A stretch of 64,000 nucleotides of DNA from Eledone cirrhosa (lineage: Eukaryota), in assembly GCA_964016885.1 (NCBI GenBank), contig OZ024741.1, forward strand, positions 101,184,001 through 101,248,000, read 5' to 3'. Below the pieces are notes generated by a model. The model was not told where the DNA came from, made no database searches, and was given only the letters and a program-made list of their open reading frames with translations. Position 1 is the first letter of the stretch. Each line of letters opens with the position of its first letter. The position numbers were made by a program, and so were the translations under genes. This document shows, in pieces, positions 1-10,800 of the stretch.

Positions 1-343
1 TAAGTTTGCTTTGCAAACATGAAGCCCTGGGTTGCATCCTACTTCATGGTGTCTTGGGCAAGTGGCTTTACTATAGCCTTAGGTTGACCTAAGCCTTGTG
101 AATGAAATTTGGTATATGGAAGCAATGTAGAAGCCTGTCAAATGGACTGTACCTGTAATTCAAAGGTCTGGCTTTCTCATTGTGTCAAATTGATTCAACC
201 TGTAAATTACATTCAGAGTACACGTGTCTGTGGAATACTCAACCATTTACACATTAATTCACATGTTCAACATCAAAACCAACAGAGGATCCACCATTTA
301 TCCATTACATTCATATGATAAATAGAGAGATAATTGATAGAAC

Positions 344-743
344 TGTAGTAAGAGTTGCCTCCCCTGCCACGACAATTGAATCGCTGTTCCCTAGACAGGA
401 AGTAGGTGGAGTTGCTTCCCTTTGGGATTGACCAAACTCCCTAGTGGTCACTTCCGGTCAACAGAGATAAAAGGAGCGATTAACCGCGAAATCTCTCTCT
501 CGCCTCCTGATTCCCGAAGTGGTAACATCTTCGACCATAGCTGGATTCTTTCTGGACGACCCTTTCGTTACCAGCACAATCCAGCTCACCAGCCTGACAA
601 CTTCACAATGGCATTATTGCCATCGGGTAACAACCCTTTACCTTATACACCTTTGACTTCTATGAAGTAAAACTTTATCACACACACCAGTACTCTTTGT
701 CTTTTATATTATGTTGCATGTGCACCGATATCTATTTCCTAAA
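344..743 (+). repeat. 5' LTR (400 bp)
   Basis: Begins TGTAGTAAGAG and ends TTCCTAAA; appears identical to 5981-6380 (ORF translations 422-670 and 6059-6307 are identical). Confidence 0.95.
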
Positions 744-744
744 G

Positions 745-762
745 TGGTGACCCCGACGTGAT
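745..762 (+). promoter_or_regulatory. Primer-binding site complementary to the tRNA-Trp 3' end
   Basis: TGGTGACCCCGACGTGAT is the reverse complement of the eukaryotic tRNA-Trp 3' 18 nt (ATCACGTCGGGGTCACCA), 1 nt after the LTR. Confidence 0.93.
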
Positions 763-1223
763 ATTTTTTTTTTTCAATGGGAAATGGTTATACGGTGTAT
801 CTGATATGATATAGGACACAAACAAAAAAAAGAAAAAAGAGAAAAATATAACACCTACAATTATTGACACGCAGACAAACCACAATTCTATAAATGTTTT
901 CACCATCCTCATTTTCTCTCCTTTTTCTGCCTTTCGCTTCTCTCGCAAAAAAATAATTTTTACGAGGATGACAAGATGGAGTCTCTCTTCTTTTTAAATA
1001 GTGTTTTGGCGCGAAATAGTCCGCCATGTTGGATTTTTTTTTTTGTTGAGTTTTTAGGCCCCCCGAAATTAACGTAGATAACAGCATTCAAGTAATCGCT
1101 GGTTCGCACACTGTCCCGGATGCATTAGTTTTCCGGTTCAGTGCTCTGACGAAAGATTTTAGTTTCCATTTACTGTTACCTTAGAGACATTTTCCCCATA
1201 CGGTAGATCACTACGGCATACCA

Positions 1224-2018
1224 ATGGCTTCCCACTCTGTTCTGCCAACGTACACGGGCGACGTAAGGTTGTGGTTCTCGCAATTAGAAGCTTTCTTCAG
1301 GGCGAACAGAGTCGACGAGGAACTACAGCATTCTGTGGTCCTCAGTGCCATTCCGCCGGCAATTCTCCCAGCGGTCAAGGACCTCGTGTTGGAGGCAACG
1401 GCAGAGTCGTCGTACGCGTCTCTGAAGGCTGAAATACTCAGCCGGACAGAACAGTCGTCAGAGAGGAGATTTAGGGCTCTGGTCCACCTGGAGCACATAG
1501 GGGATGGCACACCATCGAACCTCCTTAGGCGGATGAAGGACCTAACGGAGGGGTCTGCAGCGGAGACTGCCCTGCTGAAGCAGTTGTTCTTTTCGCGCCT
1601 GCCGACGAACGTACAGGCAATTTTGGCCCCCATGAGGGATTCGAGCTCGGTTGAGCAGCTTGCCTCATCGGCGGACAAGATATTCGAGGTGACGAATGCC
1701 GGAGACAGTGACCCCCTCGCCGCTGTTCAACACCCAGCTCGGGCCACACACGGCCATGCGATCTACGCGGCAGCACCAACGGATAGCTTGGCGATCATTG
1801 CGATGCAAAGGTCCATTCAGGAGCTCACCATGGAGCTCCACAAGATGAAGGCCTTGTGTGGTGGCTGTTCGCGCGCCCGCAGTCGCGGGAGATCGCAAAG
1901 TTTCAGACGACGGTCCAAATCACCTGGTTCAGCCTTATGCTGGTACCACGAGCGGTTCGCGGAGAACGCGAAGCACTGCGTGCAACCTTGCTCCTATCAT
2001 AAGGCGGGAAACGCTTAA
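1224..2018 (+). CDS. gag: Gag polyprotein
   Basis: 264-aa ORF with [17 protein letters not shown] and a C-terminal CWYH...C...C motif typical of metazoan Gypsy Gag. Confidence 0.92.
   Translation: MASHSVLPTYTGDVRLWFSQLEAFFRANRVDEELQHSVVLSAIPPAILPAVKDLVLEATAESSYASLKAEILSRTEQSSERRFRALVHLEHIGDGTPSNLLRRMKDLTEGSAAETALLKQLFFSRLPTNVQAILAPMRDSSSVEQLASSADKIFEVTNAGDSDPLAAVQHPARATHGHAIYAAAPTDSLAIIAMQRSIQELTMELHKMKALCGGCSRARSRGRSQSFRRRSKSPGSALCWYHERFAENAKHCVQPCSYHKAGNA
2006..2012 (+). promoter_or_regulatory. -1 ribosomal frameshift slippery heptamer G GGA AAC
   Basis: X XXY YYZ in gag phase two codons before the gag stop; the -1 frame is open (CGC TTA AGA GGT CCT CTG ATG) straight into pol at 2030. Confidence 0.85.
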
Positions 2019-2029
2019 GAGGTCCTCTG

Positions 2030-5000
2030 ATGGGGACAGATGGCCTCAACATAAAGCCACCAAACCGCCATTTCTTCATTAAGGACCTAATATCCGGAAG
2101 AGGTTTCCTCGTGGATACAGGAGCCTCCTGTAGTATCTGGCCGGTCCATTGCCTGAAAGATACCCCCATAGAGTCATCTGTCACGCTGCAGGCAGTTAAC
2201 CACTCGTCTATAAAGACGTACGGGCAAATCTCGCTCCCTCTTAAATTCCTAAATCTTCGAAGGGATTTTAAGTGGATTTTTACGGTTGCCGATTTGCCAT
2301 ATCCCATCTTAGGAGCGGATTTCCTCCACAACTTCTCTTTAACTGTGGACGTCCGTGGCCAACGCCTGGTGGATAACATCACCGGCTTTTCAATTCATGG
2401 CCAGGAAGCCAAGGCCCCAATAGTCAGCCCCGTGTTCTTTATTGCTGCCGCTGGTGACGCTTACCATGCGTTACTGGGTTCTTTCCCGGAGCTCACGGAT
2501 GGAAATTTTCGAGTCACTGACCCAACACACTCGACCGAACATTTTGTTTCCACCACCGGTGCCCCAGTGTTTTCGCGCCCACGCCGCTTACCGACGGAAA
2601 AATTAAAGGCAGCACGGTCCGAGTTCGACCATATGCTGCAGCTGGGCATTATTCGCCCATCTACGAGTCCTTGGGCTTCACCGTTACACATGGTGCCCAA
2701 GACTTCCGGCGACTGGAGACCCACAGGGGATTATAGGAGGTTAAATGCCATGACCGTCCCGGATAGGTATCCCATTCCCCATCTCCACGATTTTGCATCT
2801 TCACTGCAGGGGTGTAGGATTTTTTCTAAGCTAGATTTAGTGCGAGCCTACCACCAAATTCCGGTCAGGAAGGAGGATATTCCGAAAACTGCAATTACAA
2901 CCCCTTTCGGATCATTCGAATTTTTGACCATGCCTTTCGGACTCAGGAACGCCGCTAGCACTTTTCAGCGGTTCATGGACGAGGTCACGCGTGGTCTGGA
3001 CTTCGTTTATGCTTACATAGACGATATTCTCGTCGCTAGTTCCTCTCCGGAAGAGCATATGCGCCACATGCTTCTCTTGCTTCGGCGACTTCAGGATTAC
3101 CGCGTTCGCGTGAATCCTGCAAAGTGTGTTTTCGGTTCCACTTCCCTACATTTTTTAGGCCACCTCATCGACGCCGAAGGTATTAGGCCGCTCCCTGAGC
3201 GAGTTCAAGCCATACAGGAGTTACCGCCGCCTACTACACTTCACCAGTTGCGTCACTTCTTAGGCCTAATCAATTTCTATAGGCGTTTCATTCCTCATTG
3301 TGCTAATTGGCTATCTTCCCTTACTGACATTTTAAAAAAACGTCGTAAGAAGAATGAAGACATTTCCTTGACACAAGGACAGCTTCAGGACTTCCAGTCT
3401 GCCAAGACAGCCCTCGCTAGTTCTTCTTTGCTAGCCCACCCGGTACCAGAGGCCAAGCTTTCGCTTTGTGTTGATGCATCTGATACCGCTGTGGGTGCAG
3501 TTTTACAGCAGTCTTACGCTGAAAGCCAACAACCTTTGGCATTTTTCTCGAGGAAGTTGAAACCAGCAGAAACGCGTTATAGCACGTTTGGGCGAGAATT
3601 ATTAGCCATATATCTGTCGGTGAAACATTTCTCTCATATCCTTGAGGGGAGAAATTTTACGGTTTTTACCGACCACAAACCGTTGACCTTCGCTTTGAGG
3701 GCCAAAGCCGACAGATATTCGCCCAGAGAGACAAGGCACCTGGACTACGTTTCACAATTTACAAACGATATCCAGCACATTGCCGGCTCGCACAACATAG
3801 TTGCAGACGCATTATCTCGTTTGCCAATTAGCTCCATCTCGTCATCCCAGGACATCGATTTAGGTCGTTTAGCTGCAGACCAACCTGCACTCCAATCGTT
3901 GGACACTCTTTCCACCGAATTTGCGACTTGCATTTTCAAATATCTGCCCTTGTCCACCACCGACAGGCAGATCCTTTGTGATGTATCCACTGATGCACCA
4001 CGACCACTTGTTCCTGAGACTCACCGTCGAATTGTGTTCCTGGCTCTGCACAACATTTCTCATCCAGGATCGGCTGCCACAGTTAAACTTATAACAGCCA
4101 GATTCTTCTGGCCTAATATGAGGCGAGACATTGCTGTTTTTTGCCGTTCCTGTATCGCTTGCCAGAAATCGAAGATCCATAGACACATCCGGACTCCACT
4201 TGGTACTTTCACCACTCCAGATGCCCGGTTTCAACACATCCACATTGACATCGTTGGACCTTGGCCATTCAGCAGTGGATATTCATACATATTGACGTGT
4301 GTCGATCGTTTTTCGAGATGGCCTGAGGCCATCCCTTTACAAGACATGACGGCTGAGACTGTAGCACGTGCCCTGGTATCAGGGTGGATTACCCGCTTTG
4401 GGGTACCAACTACACTCACGACAGACCGCGGTAGACAATTCGAGTCCCATCTCTTCTCTGAGCTCACAAAAATAATTGGAGCTCAACGGATTCGGACCAC
4501 GGCCTATCATCCTGCTTCCAATGGAATGGTGGAACGATTCCACCGCCAATTAAAGGCCGCTCTTCGCGCCTATCCAGACTCTCAACGTTGGAGCGAGTAC
4601 CTTCCTATTGTGTTATTAGGAATTCGGTCATCAATAAAGGAGGACCTTGGGTTCTCCCCGGCCGAATTAATCTACGGTGCTCCTCTAGCGTTGCCTGGGC
4701 AAATGCTTGCCCCTGTTGATCTTGCTTTCCAAGATCCGCTTTCCTACGTATCCCGTCTGCGTTCTTATTTACAGGACCTGCCGCCGATGGATACGAGGAA
4801 GCAAACTGTAAAACATGCGGTCCCGAGGGACATTGCCTCGTGGACCCATGTGTTCGTAAGGAACGATGCTGTGAGACCACCCCTCACACAACCATACTCT
4901 GGACCCTACCGTGTGTTAGCACGCACTGACAAACATTTCACAGTAGACGTTAAGGGGTCCAGAGAGACAATTTCGGTGGATAGACTGAAAAGGGCACACA

Positions 5001-5158
5001 ATGACGCTCATACACCCGAGCCACAAATACCCCAATCTTTCACCATTGTGCATACACCTGCTCCTTCTGCCCCACCATCACCTACATACAAGACTACGAC
5101 CCGTTCCGGTCGGAGAGTCCACTGGCCCAAAAAGTTCTGCCAAACTATTTTTATATGA
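2030..5158 (+). CDS. pol: Pol polyprotein (aspartic protease, reverse transcriptase, RNase H, integrase)
   Basis: LVDTGA protease; YIDD RT; DAS/RELL/TDH/ADALSR RNase H; H..H..C..C zinc finger plus HIDIVG/TDRG/GMVER integrase; no stops in 1042 aa. Confidence 0.97.
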   Translation: MGTDGLNIKPPNRHFFIKDLISGRGFLVDTGASCSIWPVHCLKDTPIESSVTLQAVNHSSIKTYGQISLPLKFLNLRRDFKWIFTVADLPYPILGADFLHNFSLTVDVRGQRLVDNITGFSIHGQEAKAPIVSPVFFIAAAGDAYHALLGSFPELTDGNFRVTDPTHSTEHFVSTTGAPVFSRPRRLPTEKLKAARSEFDHMLQLGIIRPSTSPWASPLHMVPKTSGDWRPTGDYRRLNAMTVPDRYPIPHLHDFASSLQGCRIFSKLDLVRAYHQIPVRKEDIPKTAITTPFGSFEFLTMPFGLRNAASTFQRFMDEVTRGLDFVYAYIDDILVASSSPEEHMRHMLLLLRRLQDYRVRVNPAKCVFGSTSLHFLGHLIDAEGIRPLPERVQAIQELPPPTTLHQLRHFLGLINFYRRFIPHCANWLSSLTDILKKRRKKNEDISLTQGQLQDFQSAKTALASSSLLAHPVPEAKLSLCVDASDTAVGAVLQQSYAESQQPLAFFSRKLKPAETRYSTFGRELLAIYLSVKHFSHILEGRNFTVFTDHKPLTFALRAKADRYSPRETRHLDYVSQFTNDIQHIAGSHNIVADALSRLPISSISSSQDIDLGRLAADQPALQSLDTLSTEFATCIFKYLPLSTTDRQILCDVSTDAPRPLVPETHRRIVFLALHNISHPGSAATVKLITARFFWPNMRRDIAVFCRSCIACQKSKIHRHIRTPLGTFTTPDARFQHIHIDIVGPWPFSSGYSYILTCVDRFSRWPEAIPLQDMTAETVARALVSGWITRFGVPTTLTTDRGRQFESHLFSELTKIIGAQRIRTTAYHPASNGMVERFHRQLKAALRAYPDSQRWSEYLPIVLLGIRSSIKEDLGFSPAELIYGAPLALPGQMLAPVDLAFQDPLSYVSRLRSYLQDLPPMDTRKQTVKHAVPRDIASWTHVFVRNDAVRPPLTQPYSGPYRVLARTDKHFTVDVKGSRETISVDRLKRAHNDAHTPEPQIPQSFTIVHTPAPSAPPSPTYKTTTRSGRRVHWPKKFCQTIFI

Positions 5159-5545
5159 ACTGGCCATTGGAGCCTTATATATATATATATATATTTTTTT
5201 GTTTTTGCTGTTCTTATTTATTTGATTTATTGTATTGCAATGTACCTCTCATTTCACTGGATGTATATATATGTTTTTTCGTTTCCTTTACAATGAACAT
5301 GTTAAGCTACATTCTTCTCTTTGCCGGTTTATAAGTTTGCAATGTAAATTTACCGTTGATAACCGCGCATTTAGTAAGAATGCTTATTTCTCTGGTCGCT
5401 GGCCTCTGGACCCTTCCAGATCAACGCATTCTCAACATCGACCATCAACTTCGGCTGCTATTTCTAGCACTTTGCGCAACTCATTTTTTCTGAAAAATTT
5501 TTTGTCTACTGTGAGTTTAAACACCGAATACGCTCACTCAGCGAG

Positions 5546-5682
5546 ACAACAGCAGCAACAACAGCAGCAGCAACAGCAATACAGCAGCAACAGCAATACA
5601 GCAGCAACAGCAATACAGCAGCAACAACAGCAATACAACAGCAGCAACAGCAACAGCAATACAGCAACAACAGCAACAGCAA
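5546..5682 (+). repeat. (CAG/CAA)n compound microsatellite in the retrotransposon 3' untranslated region
   Basis: Direct reading: CAACAGCAGCAACAACAGCAG... interrupted by CAATA. Confidence 0.9.
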
Positions 5683-5968
5683 CCAAAGCCAGAGAATTTA
5701 TTTTTGCAGCACTCTTCCTGTGAGAAAATCCATTCGGAGGTTGGAAATTCACGATATACCACAGAACAGAGACCACCTGCATTCATTCTCTGGAACACAC
5801 TTTCTTTCCTGCTGTCATGTGACTGCACACCTGTGAACTATATTTTGTACATTTGAACTTTTGACATCTCTTACTTCCATTACTCTGTACCATATTTTTC
5901 ATGCCTCTTACATGCTCGCCATCTTACTCCATGCATGCTTCTTTCGATTTTTTATGTTTTAAAAATCT

Positions 5969-5980
5969 GGCGGGGGATAC
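5969..5980 (+). promoter_or_regulatory. Polypurine tract (plus-strand primer)
   Basis: GGCGGGGGATAC immediately upstream of the 3' LTR TG. Confidence 0.7.
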
Positions 5981-6380
5981 TGTAGTAAGAGTTGCCTCCC
6001 CTGCCACGACAATTGAATCGCTGTTCCCTAGACAGGAAGTAGGTGGAGTTGCTTCCCTTTGGGATTGACCAAACTCCCTAGTGGTCACTTCCGGTCAACA
6101 GAGATAAAAGGAGCGATTAACCGCGAAATCTCTCTCTCGCCTCCTGATTCCCGAAGTGGTAACATCTTCGACCATAGCTGGATTCTTTCTGGACGACCCT
6201 TTCGTTACCAGCACAATCCAGCTCACCAGCCTGACAACTTCACAATGGCATTATTGCCATCGGGTAACAACCCTTTACCTTATACACCTTTGACTTCTAT
6301 GAAGTAAAACTTTATCACACACACCAGTACTCTTTGTCTTTTATATTATGTTGCATGTGCACCGATATCTATTTCCTAAA
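5981..6380 (+). repeat. 3' LTR (400 bp)
   Basis: Copy of 344-743. Confidence 0.95.
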
Positions 6381-7110
6381 GTGTCTTGGGCAAGTGGCTT
6401 TACTATAGCCTTAGGTTGACCTAAGCCTTGTGAATGAAATTTGGTATATGGAAGCAATGTAGAAGCCTGTCAAATGGACTGTACCTGTAATTCAAAGGTC
6501 TGGCTTTCTCATTGTGTCAAATTGATTCAACCTGTAAATTACATTCAGAGTACACGTGTCTGTGGAATACTCAACCATTTACACATTAATTCACATGTTC
6601 AACATCAAAACCAACAGAGGATCCACCATTTATCCATTACATTCATATGATAAATAGAGAGATAATTGATAGAAGTGATAAAGAGAGAGATAATTGCTGG
6701 AACTTTCCAGAACAGAGATATCCAATATGTATTTATCCACTTGACACAGACATGGGTAAGTGATTAATAAGTTTGCTTTGCAAACATGAAGCCCTGGGTT
6801 GCATCCTACTTCATGGTGTCTTGGGCAAGTGGCTTTACTATAGCCTTAGGTTGACCTAAGCCTTGTGAATGAAATTTGGTATATGGAAGCAATGTAGAAG
6901 CCTGTCAAATGGACTGTACCTGTAATTCAAAGGTCTGGCTTTCTCATTGTGTCAAATTGATTCAACCTGTAAATTACATTCAGAGTACACGTGTCTGTGG
7001 AATACTCAACCATTTACACATTAATTCACATGTTCAACATCAAAACCAACAGAGGATCCACCATTTATCCATTACATTCATATGATAAATAGAGAGATAA
7101 TTGATAGAAC
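6381..7110 (+). repeat. Tandem duplication (435-bp period) of a SINE-containing host segment; further copy at 1-343
   Basis: 6381-6674 = 49-342 and 6768-7110 = 1-343; identical ORF translations at 109, 6441 and 6876; diverged relatives at ~18190, ~30170, ~41300. Confidence 0.9.
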
Positions 7111-7628
7111 TTTCCAGAACAGGAATATTCATATAAAATATCAACACTACACTCTGTAAAATGGTTGGCATTAGGAAGGGTATCAGGTCATAGAAAGCAT
7201 GCCAAAAGGGGAATGTATATCCAGGGAAAAAAATATTCTGAATAAGTACTGTCTTGGACCAAAATGACCCATCCAACCCATAGAAAAATAGATGTAAATG
7301 ATGACGTTTCATACAAATATGCTTTAATATTAGTTGACTTACAAAGCTTTGGGGAATTTGGAAATGTAGTTTACACAATGCAGATAACTATAAATAATAG
7401 TTGATAGCTCTAAATAATAATAAAATATATCAGGTAAAGTACACCTAGAGATGAAAAAAGGTAGACTGAGATGCCTACAGTGAAGTGAAGCATTTCTGTC
7501 CACTTTTTCCATTTCCAGGGGTACTTTACTTAGTATATTTAACTATTATTTAGAGTTATCAACTATTATTATAGTTATTTGCATTGTCACAACTATATTT
7601 TCAAATTTCAAGTATCTTTTAATCTTAC

Positions 7629-7873
7629 CTGTTTGTAACTCCAATTTATCATAAAATATCTTCAAGTCACTATTGTGTTTAGTCAAAATTTCATAAACTA
7701 TTTTCATTTCTTCTGTGTTTTTTGTTGGGTAAGATACAAAGATATCATATATTGTGGACTTCACTGTTTGGGTTTGAGCAACTGTGCGGCTCAACATTAT
7801 TGAAAATATCTTCTGGTTGATTTCCACACAGACACTTAGAAATTTGTTTTCAATATTTTCATTTTCAGATAGT
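7629..7873 (-). CDS. Macro-TIR gene exon (linker + start of TIR2): RLSENENIENKF...STIYDIFVSYPTKNTEEMKIVYEILTKHNSDLKIFYDKLELQT(G)
   Basis: cttttag acceptor, gtaag donor; YDIFVSY and IFYD..L..G TIR motifs. Confidence 0.88.
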
Positions 7874-10800
7874 CTAAAAGAAAAAGATCAAATGTTATCA
7901 GCAAGCGAACACCTGACGGTAACTAAATAATTATGTGAAATAAAGTGTTTACCATGAGAAATAAATAATATAGTATATATATAGAGTAATGCAAATGCTA
8001 AAGAGTTAAGCTATATTTTCCCTTTCTACGTGTCAGAAGGGGAAGAACAGTTCCCAACCCTTTTTTTTTTCAGGACCTTCAAGAATGATAGGAGAAAGGA
8101 AGGTAGTTAGTTATTCTCAGACAGGAAATGTGGCCTGAATGATTACAACAGAGTAGACTCTGCCAAAGGCAAGCAATTGTCAAGTGGTGGTGTTAAACCA
8201 GTTTTTTTTTTGTTTGGTTTTTTAACATCAACTCCATTATCATTACTAGCAGAAAAACCACCCTTCAAGTGGTTTTCTGCTAGCATGTGTTGTGTGCATA
8301 TTGATATTATACGCAAGTATATATGCATGTAGATATGATACATCAAATAAAATCGTAATTGACAATATACACAGAAATTGAATGAAGACTGCATTACACT
8401 GTCTTATGTAATCAGTAACGTAATCCATGATACATTAAAAAAAGATGATATTATATATAAACTGCATTAGGAGAAAATTAGTGATGGAAATATATGAATG
8501 TTTATTTAAACGATTGCTAACAGGAAGTGTTGACATTTGAAAATTTTAAAGAAGTGAATCTTTAAATAAACAATAAAATATATTTATAGCTACGAAATTT
8601 AGTAGATAAATTATGTAATATTCATTCATTATTTATTCAAAGTAATCCAACTTATTTTACCAGTGGGATAAAAAATTATAAACCGTACGCAGTCTTGTAC
8701 TCCTTACTTTATTATAGTTTAGATTTTTATTCCACAGTTCAAGACAAGCTCTACAGATATGGCAGTACCAACAGTCTGACTTGTCAGAGATGCACACAGG
8801 GTGATGAAACTGTCCTACATGCAATCACCCAGTGTTTTTGCATTTCAGAGTTGTGGGATTCTGTTGAACAACTGTTTTCACAGTATAGACAGATACAGCT
8901 ATCAGCCAGATCTATATTGAAGATTGAACTGCCACTTTCTTTTAGAAGAGAGGTGTGGCAAATCTTCCTCTGTCTGGTAACTATGGTAAAGGAAGCCAAG
9001 CCTTCATCAACTTCTTGAAGTTTCACCTGAATAGAAAGGTGAGGGTAGAGAAGGAAGTGTTGCTTTCTAGTGTGTTTTATGCAAGATGGGTGACAGTGTC
9101 GAGATTGTCAAGGCTGAACAGGCCTAATTCACTATGCTTTTCTAAGTAAGAGGAAAAGACTGGGAGAGGGTACTTTTAATGCCCGTGTAGTAACAGAGTA
9201 ACCCAGAGCTTTGTGTTAGGGTTTCTCCCTGGGATTACCCTAAATTGCAGTTCCCCACTATTGAGGAACTTGTCTTTGTTGATTTTTTTTATTGTTTTCT
9301 TTATTTTTTTTCTATTTTTATGTATATTTACTACAATTACTATTATTGTTATTCCTACTGTTTTCACCCCCTTTCCTTTAACTACTATAAATCTCACTTT
9401 ATGTTGTGTTTGTTGCCTTTGTCCTTGTATTGCCCACAATATTCTGAGCCCTTGTGGCCAATAAAAGAAATTATTATTATTATTTTTTTAATTTTTTTTA
9501 ATGAAAATCATAATAATCATCATTATCATTACCACCATTTAATGCCCATTTATCCATGCTAGTGTGGGTTAGACGAGTTGTCCCATTGTGAGACAAGCCA
9601 GATCAGATGACCATGTCTTGCTCATACAGAACTGATTTTGCCTTGGTTTTTTTATGGTTGAATTCCCTTCCTAAGCCAACTACATTTATAGTGTGTTCTG
9701 GGTGTTTTTTGTTGTGACACCTACACGACCACTTTACAGTGTGGACTCGGCAACACTCAACCGATTTTGTCAATCCACCATATAATAATGTTGTAGGATT
9801 TCAGGATACAAAGAAATAAAGAATCAGAACACAACAGGCCTGTCTGAGTGGTTTCTGACAAGGGAAAATGATCTTGCTTGATTATAGATGTAGCATGTCC
9901 CTTTGATACAAGAGTGAAAGAGAAGGAAGGGGAGAAAATTAACTGGCATCAGGATCTAAAGTGGGAACTGAAAAGGATTTGGGACTGTCATGAGATCAAG
10001 GTTGTCCCCATCATTATAGGAGTGCTAGGTACTTTCTCGAAGGTTGTGGGTAGTAGTTTGATGTTGATTGGACAATTTTTCTGGTTAAATAACATCAATG
10101 ACAGATATCAAACTCATAATAATATTGCTTTCTAATTTAGGTACAAGGCCAACAATTTAGGAAATATTTGGGGAACTTAGAGCTAGATGATATTTTGCAT
10201 GCAGAAATCAAAGAAAGGGTTAGAGGGATATATTTTAAAAGAGTAAAAATGATTTTTAAATCCAAATTGAATGTGAGAAATCTAGTCACTGCAATGAATA
10301 TCTAGACAGTTGCAGTGGTTAGATATAGTGCATCTATTCTCAGTTGAACTGAAGAAGAAATATAAAAATTAGATAGAAATACAAGAAAGTTAATGACATT
10401 ATACAGAACTTTACACCCTAAAGCAAATATCAATAGACTATACATGAATGGTGACAGAGGCCTCATCAGTGTGGATCATTGAATAAGGAGTGAATGAAGA
10501 ATGCTTGTAGAATATCTGGTAAACAGAGATGAAGAGTTGTTGCAATACAGAAGATATGAGTATAAGTACAGTATAAATGGTTGGAACGGAAGAGTTTAAC
10601 CAAAGAGCTGAAGAGAAAAAAAAAATCTTCTAGGAATGAGAATGCATGGTCAGTTTGAAAGAAATACACAGGATATCAAGGATAAAACAACATTGTGACA
10701 TAGCTTAAGCAAGGCGATTTGAAACATGCCACTGAAAGAATTATAGTTGCAACACAAGATCAAGCTCTTACTACCAATTAGGTGAAGTATAACATCTACA

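Larger units (their letters stand above)
344..6380 (+). mobile_element. Full-length Ty3/Gypsy LTR retrotransposon (LTR-PBS-gag-pol-PPT-LTR), antisense within an intron of the Macro-TIR gene
   Basis: 400-bp direct repeats at 344-743 and 5981-6380 starting TGTAG; PBS after the 5' LTR; intact gag and pol in PR-RT-RH-IN order; purine-rich tract before the 3' LTR. Confidence 0.97.

Noticed and set aside
1211-4880. Antisense ORFs overlapping gag/pol
   Set aside because: Expected shadows of GC-richer coding sequence
5235-5828. Possible env-like third ORF, or poly-Q/poly-C/L ORFs
   Set aside because: Microsatellite-derived; no signal peptide, TM or fusion-protein features
109-7085. Three identical 69-aa ORFs and two identical 82-aa ORFs
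   Set aside because: They fall in duplicated SINE sequence and in the LTRs, start at non-ATG codons and have no protein features
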